A stretch of DNA of 64,000 bases. It comes from a virus. The notes below the pieces were generated by a model. The model was given only the letters and a program-made list of their open reading frames with translations. It was not told where the DNA came from and did no database searches. Where the stretch lies: the IMG/VR virus record IMGVR_UViG_3300029787_004704, positions 32,001-96,000 of that record; one strand, given 5' to 3'. How positions within the stretch are numbered: the stretch's first letter is position 1; each line of letters starts with the position of its first letter. Shown piece after piece: positions 9,308-17,280 of the stretch. The position numbers and the translations under genes are program-made.

Positions 9308-10290
9308 GTGGTTGGCGTATGCTCGTTATCAATTTCTATAGGCAAGGAGTAATTGAATTTTCTTATACCTCTTGTCCTAATGTATTGTAACGTATTTTGT
9401 ATGCCTTCTGCAATAGAAACTTTGGTTTTGTAATTGAAGAATTTTCTTATCTTGTCAGATGAACATGTTGCATATTTTACTTCTTTGGGTCTGCCCGGCA
9501 TGTATTCGTGTTCTCCATTGAAACCAGTTGCATTGGCAGTAAGGTTGGCCAGTTCATTTATAGTAACATAATCCTCATCTGGCCCTATGTTAAAAATTTG
9601 GCCAACTGCAGACTCTTCAAAACAAACTTTATCAAACACCTGTAAAGTGTCATCTATATATGAAAAACATCTTTTCTGTTCACCATCGCCATATATTATG
9701 CAAGGTTTTCCCTGTAAGTTTCTGTGTAAGAATATTGATACAACATTTCTAAATGGATCATCATACACCTGATTAGGCCCATAGATATTATGAGGCACAA
9801 CAATAGTCCAGTCTATTCCGTTTACATCGCACAAACATTTGACAGTGTCCTCGGCCGCAACTTTGGCAATGCCATATGGGTCTTCTGGTTCTGGTTTCAT
9901 ATCTTCTGTAAACGGTGGTTCTTGCTTTCCGTAACGAGCCATGGAACTCATGTATACAAAACGGTTAATCTTGTGCTTTATGGATGCGGATAATACGTTT
10001 ACAGTAGCATCAAATGTGTTTCGTGTGACTAGTACCGGCGACACAACACTTAAGCCTTCGTATGCTGTGCAGGCCGCATGAATTACAAGTTCAAATTTTT
10101 CTTTAGCAAACAACTGGTCGAGTGCTGATTGATCACAGCAATCTATTCGTAGTGTTTGAACTTCTGTGAGGTTGTCATCATATCCGCCCACTCCGTTGTC
10201 TATGCCGATCACTGTGTGGCCTTGATTATGATATCTTTTAGCAAGATGTGAACCTACAAAACCTAGCGAGCCTGTAACTAAAATTTTCAT
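9286..10290 (-). CDS. NAD-dependent NDP-sugar epimerase/dehydratase
   Basis: ILVTGSLGFVG, SSMARYG, YGIAK (YxxxK), HNIYGPNQ. Confidence 0.9.
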   Translation of the reverse strand: MKILVTGSLGFVGSHLAKRYHNQGHTVIGIDNGVGGYDDNLTEVQTLRIDCCDQSALDQLFAKEKFELVIHAACTAYEGLSVVSPVLVTRNTFDATVNVLSASIKHKINRFVYMSSMARYGKQEPPFTEDMKPEPEDPYGIAKVAAEDTVKCLCDVNGIDWTIVVPHNIYGPNQVYDDPFRNVVSIFLHRNLQGKPCIIYGDGEQKRCFSYIDDTLQVFDKVCFEESAVGQIFNIGPDEDYVTINELANLTANATGFNGEHEYMPGRPKEVKYATCSSDKIRKFFNYKTKVSIAEGIQNTLQYIRTRGIRKFNYSLPIEIDNEHTPTTWTKKLI

Positions 10291-10832
10291 TCGTACACTC
10301 CTATTGAGGCAACCTGTTGATTAGCAGGACCAAGTATTTCTTCAACTGCTTGTTTGACTCCTGTTGCTCTGTGGAAAAAATCATGAAACAATATTTTTCC
10401 GTCTGAAAGAATGTGTATATTTTTGGTCAATAGTTTCATCCATTCATATGTGTGATTGGCATCAATAAAAATTAAGTCATAAAATTCAGGTAATGGTTTG
10501 TTGTTCAATTCCATCACATAGTTGATTGCATCGGCAGTAACATAATTGATATTGACGTCTACTTTTATATTTTGTTTTGTTTGTAAAATGTTTTCTTCAA
10601 ACACATCTAAAGTTGTGATTGAACCTTTATTTCCTGCGTCGTATTTTGCTTGAGCTATTATGCTTGTTGACAAACCGTGATAAGATCCTAGTTCCAAAAT
10701 GTTATGTGAATTATATGCACACTCATATAGATAATGTGCTTCTATAGGTTGCAACCAACCTTCTATATCTGATTTTATTACACCATTTTCAGTTGGCAAA
10801 TGCAACAGACTTTCGTGGTACTCATTTAACAT
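10287..10832 (-). CDS. class I SAM methyltransferase (Methyltransf_24-like)
   Basis: LELGSYHGLST, DLIFIDANHTY, LFHD. Confidence 0.8.
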   Translation of the reverse strand: MLNEYHESLLHLPTENGVIKSDIEGWLQPIEAHYLYECAYNSHNILELGSYHGLSTSIIAQAKYDAGNKGSITTLDVFEENILQTKQNIKVDVNINYVTADAINYVMELNNKPLPEFYDLIFIDANHTYEWMKLLTKNIHILSDGKILFHDFFHRATGVKQAVEEILGPANQQVASIGVYE

Positions 10833-11454
10833 AGATACAGTCTCTGGTCACTTTCACTGCTCTTTTGTATCCAAGTTCTACTAGCAAATCATGACTGTCG
10901 TTCTTTGTGTACCCGTATGCTTCTGAATTCAACACACATCGTTCTATTATGATCACAGGTGAACAACGCTCTAAAGTTTTCCTTGCTCCATTTAGAACAG
11001 GAATTTCAAGTCCTTCTACGTCTATCTTTAATACATCTATTGTGTCGTAGTTGTGTTCGTCCATTGTTTTCAACACAATGTCGCCTTCATCTCCTGGCCA
11101 CACTCTTGTAGATCCTAGATGTTGCTCGATTGCAACAGCAAGTTTGCCTTTGCCTGGTTTGTCTGCAAGGCCATATTCATGCAGTGTAATATTTGATTTG
11201 CTTTCAGTGTTGATTTTAAAACATTCAATATTGTAATCAGCAGGTTCAAATGCTGTAACTTGTTCGAAGATGTCAGCATAATAGTTTGCCCATCTTCCGA
11301 CATTACCGCCAACATCTATCATGTGCGATCTTCCTTGAGTCAGTTTCAATACTTGTTCATGAATTTTGTTGTCGTGTTCTTTGACATTGCCGCCTACGTG
11401 GTGGACTGGATCGTCACCATCTGGAATATAATAACCGTCTTCTAGAAGTTTCAT
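10822..11454 (-). CDS. FkbM-family methyltransferase
   Basis: IDVGGNVG, AFEP, LKIDVEGLE..VLNGA. Confidence 0.85.
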   Translation of the reverse strand: MKLLEDGYYIPDGDDPVHHVGGNVKEHDNKIHEQVLKLTQGRSHMIDVGGNVGRWANYYADIFEQVTAFEPADYNIECFKINTESKSNITLHEYGLADKPGKGKLAVAIEQHLGSTRVWPGDEGDIVLKTMDEHNYDTIDVLKIDVEGLEIPVLNGARKTLERCSPVIIIERCVLNSEAYGYTKNDSHDLLVELGYKRAVKVTRDCIYVK

Positions 11455-12173
11455 CTAAGTTTTGTATCCATCACATTTACTTTTGGTTCCCAACCTAAAG
11501 CTCTCAATTTCGATGATGGTAAAACATTAGATTCTAATTCAAAATCTTCTCCGTCTGTTACTGGCACGTCGAAGCCATTTTTTGCAACCAGTTGATCCAC
11601 TTTGAATGCAATTCCACAACCACATTCAAACACACCTTTTTCATCTGGATTGTCTATTATGGTTTGTATAGCATTCACAACATCTGCAACATTTATAAAA
11701 TCTCTAGTGTGTGTAGTTGCATATTTTACTATGCCCAATTTGATCTTTGATATCAGCATAGTGTCTCTTGCTCCATCTCCCCACACAGTTGAAAAACGTA
11801 ATCCAACTGATTTTTTAGGAGCCATAAATTCATCCACATACTTGGATAGTGCATATGGATTTCTATGCCATTCTAAACAAGCAGATGACGATGCGTAAAT
11901 TACTCTGATGTTGTGTTCATCACACTGCTCAAACACTTTCCTACATTTAACCACATTTTCGTTCCAATACAAATTAGGATTTTTAAAACTTTCTCGTATG
12001 TCTGCTTTGGCAGCTAGATGTATGCAAAGATCTGATTTAGGATCAATGTCAAAGTTGGCAATGTCTTTGTTGATTAACAAATCCCAACAGTCTACTGTAT
12101 GTCCATTTGCTTCTAAATGATTACGCAGATGTGTGCCAATAAAACCATGTGATCCTGTAAGTGTGATGTGCAT
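11451..12173 (-). CDS. NAD-dependent epimerase/dehydratase
   Basis: TGSHGFIG, HLAA, YASSS, PYALSK, TRDFI. Confidence 0.85.
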   Translation of the reverse strand: MHITLTGSHGFIGTHLRNHLEANGHTVDCWDLLINKDIANFDIDPKSDLCIHLAAKADIRESFKNPNLYWNENVVKCRKVFEQCDEHNIRVIYASSSACLEWHRNPYALSKYVDEFMAPKKSVGLRFSTVWGDGARDTMLISKIKLGIVKYATTHTRDFINVADVVNAIQTIIDNPDEKGVFECGCGIAFKVDQLVAKNGFDVPVTDGEDFELESNVLPSSKLRALGWEPKVNVMDTKLR

Positions 12174-12177
12174 ACGT

Positions 12178-12810
12178 CTATATATAGAAGTTTCTGTTGG
12201 ACGTTAATGATTCTTGATTGTTCACTTTGACTGCTCTTGGAGTCACCACTTGTATGTTACAGTATAGATCTTTCACAAACATGTCAGCGGCAGTCAGACC
12301 TTCTTCATATGCTCCACGTATTAACCGTTCAGCAGTTTTTGGTTTGATTACGTATCCATAGGTGCCTTGTAATTGTTGTTGTCCTTTGCGATAATGTTCT
12401 AGTTTTTGTATGCTAGGTTCTTGTCCTAGATCAGGATCAGGCTCGACAAATCGGTGTTTGTCCAAATGTAGTAGTTCATCAAACGGTGTTTTGTATGAGT
12501 CTGATACCACAATAGAATCGTGTTCAAGTATGACCACTGTTTCATCTAGTTCAACACATTTTTTCCACATTTCCAAATGTGAAATCATGCATCCTCTGAC
12601 ACCACCTTTATTCCATTTTATTTTGTATAACTTTGGCCCGGGAAAATATGGTTGTAAATTTTCTCGTTTGATATATTCATCTGCACGTGAAGGTGTGTAC
12701 CCTTCAAACATCTCAGCGTCTAGGCCATGTGCTTTAGCACTGACCATTGCGTCAATAGCTGGTTGATGTGTGCTTTCAACTTCTCTTAAAAATAATACAA
12801 ACGCTTTCAT
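12178..12810 (-). CDS. GT25-like glycosyltransferase
   Basis: GCMISHLEMW, VILEHD, GTYGYVIKP..A..L, AAD. Confidence 0.8.
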   Translation of the reverse strand: MKAFVLFLREVESTHQPAIDAMVSAKAHGLDAEMFEGYTPSRADEYIKRENLQPYFPGPKLYKIKWNKGGVRGCMISHLEMWKKCVELDETVVILEHDSIVVSDSYKTPFDELLHLDKHRFVEPDPDLGQEPSIQKLEHYRKGQQQLQGTYGYVIKPKTAERLIRGAYEEGLTAADMFVKDLYCNIQVVTPRAVKVNNQESLTSNRNFYI

Positions 12811-13220
12811 TTTTTGATAACGGACCCATGTACTCTTACTCTTATGTGGCCGTTGTAGTAATCATCTGATTCAAGTACACCTCTAGCAAACTGTTCTTTT
12901 GCTTCAAGATAATTGCATTCGCCTTTAGATTTGCATAGATGAATTATTTCTCTTTTGAATTTTTCTTTGCCTAGTTTGTTTACATCTTCGATCAGCAAGT
13001 CACTCGAACCATAATAATCTTGCCAGTCACTTTCTACTGTGTGTCTGCGTTTATTTTTTCTGCCTTTGAGAGGTGGTCTTGACCTTTTGAATTTTGCCAA
13101 TTTCTTCCCCACGTACATTCTACCTGTTGTGGTGTTGGTTATGAGATATACAAATCCCACTACACCGTCTGGTAATGTTTCTACTAGTTCTCCTTGATAT
13201 GTCCAATTGACTTTTGTCAT
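12807..13220 (-). CDS. GIY-YIG-like nuclease domain protein
   Basis: GFVYLITN...MYVGKK...YYGSS...REI...LE...YYN. Confidence 0.75.
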   Translation of the reverse strand: MTKVNWTYQGELVETLPDGVVGFVYLITNTTTGRMYVGKKLAKFKRSRPPLKGRKNKRRHTVESDWQDYYGSSDLLIEDVNKLGKEKFKREIIHLCKSKGECNYLEAKEQFARGVLESDDYYNGHIRVRVHGSVIKK

Positions 13221-13242
13221 GCTTTATTTTATTATATACTAT

Positions 13243-13776
13243 ATGCATGATGCCACACAACCAGTAATCGATAGTATTCTCCAGTGGATGGAAAAGTTTG
13301 TAGAAGTACCACATCCATCATTTGGTAACATGCCTCCATGTCCTTATGCACGGCAATACCGAGTGCAAGACAAGATTAAAATTGTTGAAGCACCGGTCAA
13401 TACCAAAGGCAATCCGCCCGATATTTGGGAGACTGCTGAACAAGTGTTTGAAACATGGAACGATGACTTTGAAGCCATCATTGTGGCACGTGAAAACGTG
13501 GCCCGTCGATATAATAGTGCAGAAATGTTATCGGCTCGAATAAAAGAATTAAATGACAAATACAAATCAAACGATTTAGTGGCCCTGGAAGATCATCCAA
13601 TGGATCCCGAAGTGATTGACGGCGTACAAATGAACCATGGCGGTTTAATTCTTGTTGTAATACAACGTTTGAGCAAGATAAACAAACACTCAGAGATGCT
13701 CAAAGGTGGAGAATACTACGATAAATGGTCGCAAGAAAATTTGGATGATGTTGTAAATTGGCGGTTTAAGAAATAG
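13243..13776 (+). CDS. DUF1415-like protein
   Basis: W...FVE....PPCPYAR, EDHP, ..QRLSKI; probable start MHDATQ. Confidence 0.55.
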   Translation: MHDATQPVIDSILQWMEKFVEVPHPSFGNMPPCPYARQYRVQDKIKIVEAPVNTKGNPPDIWETAEQVFETWNDDFEAIIVARENVARRYNSAEMLSARIKELNDKYKSNDLVALEDHPMDPEVIDGVQMNHGGLILVVIQRLSKINKHSEMLKGGEYYDKWSQENLDDVVNWRFKK

Positions 13777-13954
13777 ACCTCAATGCTTCTAATTTGTCCA
13801 TAGCTGTTGCTAATACATCCAATTTCTTTTCAGCAGTGGCAACATAATCAATATGTTCTGCAACACCTATCTGCTTTTCTAAAAAAATATTAAGATCTGC
13901 TTTGGCAACTTCTATATCACCTTCTAGTTTTTTTATCAATGCTTGTTTAATCAT
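13766..13954 (-). CDS. small helical hypothetical protein
   Basis: 62 aa, strong AAGGAG SD. Confidence 0.75.
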   Translation of the reverse strand: MIKQALIKKLEGDIEVAKADLNIFLEKQIGVAEHIDYVATAEKKLDVLATAMDKLEALRSIS

Positions 13955-14001
13955 TTTATCTCCTTTTTGCTATTGCATACTATTTGCAATACGTTATTCA
14001 T

Positions 14002-14030
14002 AAGAAAAGGAAACACAAGGTTTCCTTCTT
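14002..14030 (-). terminator. hairpin or intrinsic terminator downstream of the ATE-like gene
   Basis: Minus strand AAGGAAAC-CTTGT-GTTTCCTT followed by T-rich tract. Confidence 0.45.
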
Positions 14031-14043
14031 ACTGCTACTTATA

Positions 14044-14721
14044 TTAGAATGTTATCTTAAAGTCAATATCTTTTTGTATTGCCGAATTGTATGCATCTTT
14101 ATCATCACTCCACCCTGATCCAGTCCACCATTCAAATCCAGGAATGGATGCTTTCCATTTGCATGACTTGTCGTAACTGGCTCCTAGATAGAACCATTCA
14201 TAACCTAGTTCATGTGCATGATGTATTTCGTGCCACAGACTGTATTTGCCCAGTTGCAGTTTGAAGTCAGCATAGTTCCACGCCATTTGCCAGTTGTCTA
14301 GACTGTTGATATACGTGGTCCATATGGAGAATCCTATAAGATCATTTTTCAATCTGTACAACCACACAGTGTCTGCATGACCAATATCCTCCAGTGGGTT
14401 TGGTTCCAACATGGTGTAACCGTGATGATCAAGATATGCTTCATATATCGGCATCAATTGAGGCATCATTAATTTTGCTTCTAGACCATAAATTTTTTCA
14501 GCAATTATGTCAGGATCAGTTTTTGGTTTCTTTGCTTTTTTTATAAATCTGTCTATGTTGATTCTAACAGCACGAACTTGTTGCCATGCATCTTCTAATT
14601 GTATAAAACCTTGTGCCAATGCTTCGTCTGATTCTTGGGGGTGTACGTCTGCCCACACTTTCATGAACTGTATGTCTTGTTGATCTAGTTTGCCAAATAA
14701 ATGTTCATACCAAATTTTCAT
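14044..14721 (-). CDS. ATE/Bpt-like aminoacyl-tRNA:protein transferase (GNAT fold)
   Basis: C-terminal LGKYSLWHEIHHAHELGYEWFYLG..Y....KWKA matches the ATE_C signature (SLGxxxxLxxIxxAxxxGxxxxYLGY...YK); N-terminal ALAQGF; probable start MKIWYEH. Confidence 0.7.
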   Translation of the reverse strand: MKIWYEHLFGKLDQQDIQFMKVWADVHPQESDEALAQGFIQLEDAWQQVRAVRINIDRFIKKAKKPKTDPDIIAEKIYGLEAKLMMPQLMPIYEAYLDHHGYTMLEPNPLEDIGHADTVWLYRLKNDLIGFSIWTTYINSLDNWQMAWNYADFKLQLGKYSLWHEIHHAHELGYEWFYLGASYDKSCKWKASIPGFEWWTGSGWSDDKDAYNSAIQKDIDFKITF

Positions 14722-14738
14722 GTGTAAGTATCCTGTAT

Positions 14739-15086
14739 ATGGATATCTATCACATTTTTGCAGATCATCACCCTGAAGTGGATTCTTATGAATTCGCTGA
14801 CAAGATGAGATCATTTTTAGATGGCATGGTGAGTTTAGGAAAAATGCAAAATTACAGATTAACCAGAGCCAAACTAGGCTTCCGTTCTATGGACCTTCCA
14901 GAGTTTCATGTCATGATGGAATTTGTAAACATGCAACAACTGGATGATGCTATGACTTCTGTGTTACGCAACGAAAAAAGTATTGATGAAAAACATGTCA
15001 ACTTCAATCAATTGGTTGATAGTGAAACCATACAACATTTTCTATATAGAGACTTTCCGGATCAGATCGACGACAGCAAATCTTAG
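14739..15086 (+). CDS. DUF6614-like protein (probable dimeric alpha/beta barrel)
   Basis: MDIYHI, RLTRAKLGF, EFHVMME, QLDDA, LYRDFPD motifs. Confidence 0.6.
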   Translation: MDIYHIFADHHPEVDSYEFADKMRSFLDGMVSLGKMQNYRLTRAKLGFRSMDLPEFHVMMEFVNMQQLDDAMTSVLRNEKSIDEKHVNFNQLVDSETIQHFLYRDFPDQIDDSKS

Positions 15087-15103
15087 GTCGGTATAATATA
15101 GTT

Positions 15104-15432
15104 GTGCAAGGCAATCAAGGCACTTCAAAAAAATCTTAGGCAACATAACGTCTCCGAACACAGCGAACTACTCTGTAACAACAGCGGCGAATCGCTTGAC
15201 GTCCAATATTCATACGGTATCTACGTTTACCACCGCGTAGTATAAAAAAAGCGAGACCATAGGTTGGTATAATCCTCCGTTGCAACAATGTCTCTGGATG
15301 CTTGGCTGTGCGACTCACATCAAGAAAAACATTCACCTGGCAACAGGTGGATACTGACTTAACAATCTACATCAAGCAACGGCATTATAAAATGCTCGAG
15401 TGCAAACGAAGAGCGATTGACGTAGTCAATCT
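15104..15432 (+). ncRNA. putative structured non-coding RNA or replication-origin element
   Basis: Long, GC-enriched intergenic stretch with no credible ORF; TATAAT at 15092-15097; about 8 stem-loops including ATTCACCTG-GCAA-CAGGTGGAT and GATTGAC-GTA-GTCAATC. Confidence 0.55.
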
Positions 15433-15660
15433 TTACTTGTTGTCCACTTTGTGAGCATCATAGTCATGCATGAAATCATTTAATGTTATGTCCGCACGTC
15501 TTAGATCAGTGTGTTTTTCAAAAAAGTCAAACAGCAAATTAGCACACTCTTTGGGAGAATGTGTCATCAGCATCTTTTGTAGGACGTAGTTGGTTTTGTT
15601 TCTGCGTTGTTCAGTGTTCAACACCGCATGTTTGGGAACAGGAGCAAAGTTGTTCTTCAT
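15433..15660 (-). CDS. hypothetical protein
   Basis: 75 aa ORF. Confidence 0.6.
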   Translation of the reverse strand: MKNNFAPVPKHAVLNTEQRRNKTNYVLQKMLMTHSPKECANLLFDFFEKHTDLRRADITLNDFMHDYDAHKVDNK

Positions 15661-15702
15661 AGTAGTAGCTATATTAACTGTGTTCCCTATTAAGTTATAG
15701 TA

Positions 15703-16143
15703 TTAAAATTTTATTTTCTGCTTGGCAAACTGTTTGCCAAAACCACCGCCTTTTAGACCCTTTTTCTTGAACTCTTTTTCTTTGGCGTTTATCTGGTCAA
15801 TCATTTGTGCTATTAGTCCACGCACATATTTTGAATTAGGCTTGCCCCCTTGCACAATTTTGTCTGGTTCAACATTTAAGCCAAAACTTTTGATACCTGC
15901 TTTTTTAGCCACTCCTTCGGCCCAATCAGCAAAAAATGGAGCTATTGCTAGGTCTGGATTGTCGTTCAATGCTTTGTTTAATTTAGAGTTAAGATCGTTC
16001 AGCATGGTTTCCATGTCTTGTAGTTTTGCTGTAAGTGGAATAGGGCCTTTTAGCGAATCTGCGGCTTGCCCAATGCCTTGTGCGGCAGTGCCTAACGCGG
16101 CACCAACTTTGGGGTCATATTCAAATAGGTCTAAAAGTTTCAT
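15703..16143 (-). CDS. hypothetical late (virion-associated?) protein
   Basis: MKLLDLFE N-terminus typical of T4-like internal/late proteins; TAAATA 5 nt upstream of the ATG. Confidence 0.65.
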   Translation of the reverse strand: MKLLDLFEYDPKVGAALGTAAQGIGQAADSLKGPIPLTAKLQDMETMLNDLNSKLNKALNDNPDLAIAPFFADWAEGVAKKAGIKSFGLNVEPDKIVQGGKPNSKYVRGLIAQMIDQINAKEKEFKKKGLKGGGFGKQFAKQKIKF

Positions 16144-16151
16144 ATCAATAT

Positions 16152-16388
16152 TTATAGTAAAGGCAGTTTAGTGTTCTTTGTGTTCTCTATGTTCTGTTTT
16201 ACAAGTTCAGCCATCATGGATCTGTCTTCAGGCCCTAGCAAAAATGCTGTGTTGTAATCCAACGACCCACGCATGTACCAACACAATTTAATAAGTTCAT
16301 CCTTTAAATTTTTGTTTGTGTTTTCAAGTTCTTTAAAATATTCTTCAAGTTCAGAAGGCGAGAGAGTTAGGATCTTGATACGAAAAAA
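16152..16388 (-). CDS. gp51-like baseplate/tail assembly domain, probably reached by -1 frameshift from the upstream gene
   Basis: Open frame FFRIKILTLSPSELEEYFKELENTNKNLKDELIKLCWYMRGSLDYNTAFLLGPEDRSMMAELVKQNIENTKNTKLPLL* with no start before its second half. Confidence 0.6.
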   Translation of the reverse strand, partial: FFRIKILTLSPSELEEYFKELENTNKNLKDELIKLCWYMRGSLDYNTAFLLGPEDRSMMAELVKQNIENTKNTKLPLL

Positions 16389-17230
16389 TTGGAGTTATCC
16401 ATTGATATAGGAGCGTCAAACGACGCTGGAGCACCTTTTTCTATTTGTTCCTTTGTTGGTGTAATAGTAATAGGTTTAATTCTGCCTAAATCTTTTTGTA
16501 CATCTAATCTTTTTTTAATTTTGTCGGCAGTGGCACCATCCATGTTGTCCACAAATTCTTCAATGTAAACACGATCAGTGATAGTTTGTCCATCAGCTGT
16601 GACCTCCAAAATAGATTCTTTCATGTTAGCCAAAGTTAAGTTGGTCATATGGCCAAATATTTCAGCAAATTTTTCCTGTTTTTGTGATGCATTTAATTCA
16701 TTGGTATCAATGACTTGTGTTATAATTCTTTGTTGTTCAAAGGTGCGTAATTGTAAGTTTGTGAGTTGACGATAACTCATTGGCTTTATTTTGAAAGACA
16801 CTTTGTCTGCAGGCACATATCCATCAAATGGTGTCTTGTCAATTTTATCTCCTGCTGTACGCAAATCAACATTGTAGACTACTTTGTCTTCTGTGTTGGG
16901 AATAGTCACATTGATATCCATCATGTGGCCATAAGTTGCAATACGTATAGCAATCATTATGGAGTCTAAATCTAACACCGGCATCATCCATGGATCTTTG
17001 ATTCCTGGCACACATGAACGTATGACATTTATTGTTGATTCTCCGTTTAACAGTGCGTCTGGTGTATTCATGGTCATTTCATCTTTAGCAGTCATAGGAT
17101 ATACTGCAAGTTCTTTTTCGTTGTCAAATACTAAAGCTCCTTCAGGATACCAATCACCATTAGATGGCAGAGTTGTGTATATTGCTGGTTGCCTAAAGAA
17201 CTTTGCTAAAGGGTTTTGTGAAGTTGTCAT
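16367..17230 (-). CDS. gp26-like baseplate hub / tail assembly chaperone
   Basis: NPLAKFFRQP...LPSNG...VYPMTAKDE...PDALLNG...IAIRIATYG; C-terminal NFF. Confidence 0.8.
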   Translation of the reverse strand: MTTSQNPLAKFFRQPAIYTTLPSNGDWYPEGALVFDNEKELAVYPMTAKDEMTMNTPDALLNGESTINVIRSCVPGIKDPWMMPVLDLDSIMIAIRIATYGHMMDINVTIPNTEDKVVYNVDLRTAGDKIDKTPFDGYVPADKVSFKIKPMSYRQLTNLQLRTFEQQRIITQVIDTNELNASQKQEKFAEIFGHMTNLTLANMKESILEVTADGQTITDRVYIEEFVDNMDGATADKIKKRLDVQKDLGRIKPITITPTKEQIEKGAPASFDAPISMDNSNFFVSRS

Positions 17231-17243
17231 AATTTATAGTCCA

Positions 17244-17268
17244 TAAATACTTACTATAACAATATTTA
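17244..17268. promoter_or_regulatory. crossed divergent T4-type late promoters
   Basis: TAAATA at 17244-17249 (+) and TAAATA on the minus strand at 17263-17268. Confidence 0.55.
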
Positions 17269-17280
17269 TGTACGTATAAA

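Noticed and set aside
12807-13220. Mobile homing endonuclease or intron
   Set aside because: Only a short catalytic-type domain, no DNA-binding tail, and no interrupted host gene.
15136-15336. 66 aa minus-strand ORF in the structured region
   Set aside because: Atypical Arg/Cys-rich composition, no RBS or promoter; better explained as non-coding.
15104-15432. tRNA, tmRNA, RNase P, group I intron or hammerhead identity
   Set aside because: No T-loop/CCA end, no RNase P or group I P7 consensus, no CUGANGA/GAAA core, and it does not interrupt a gene.
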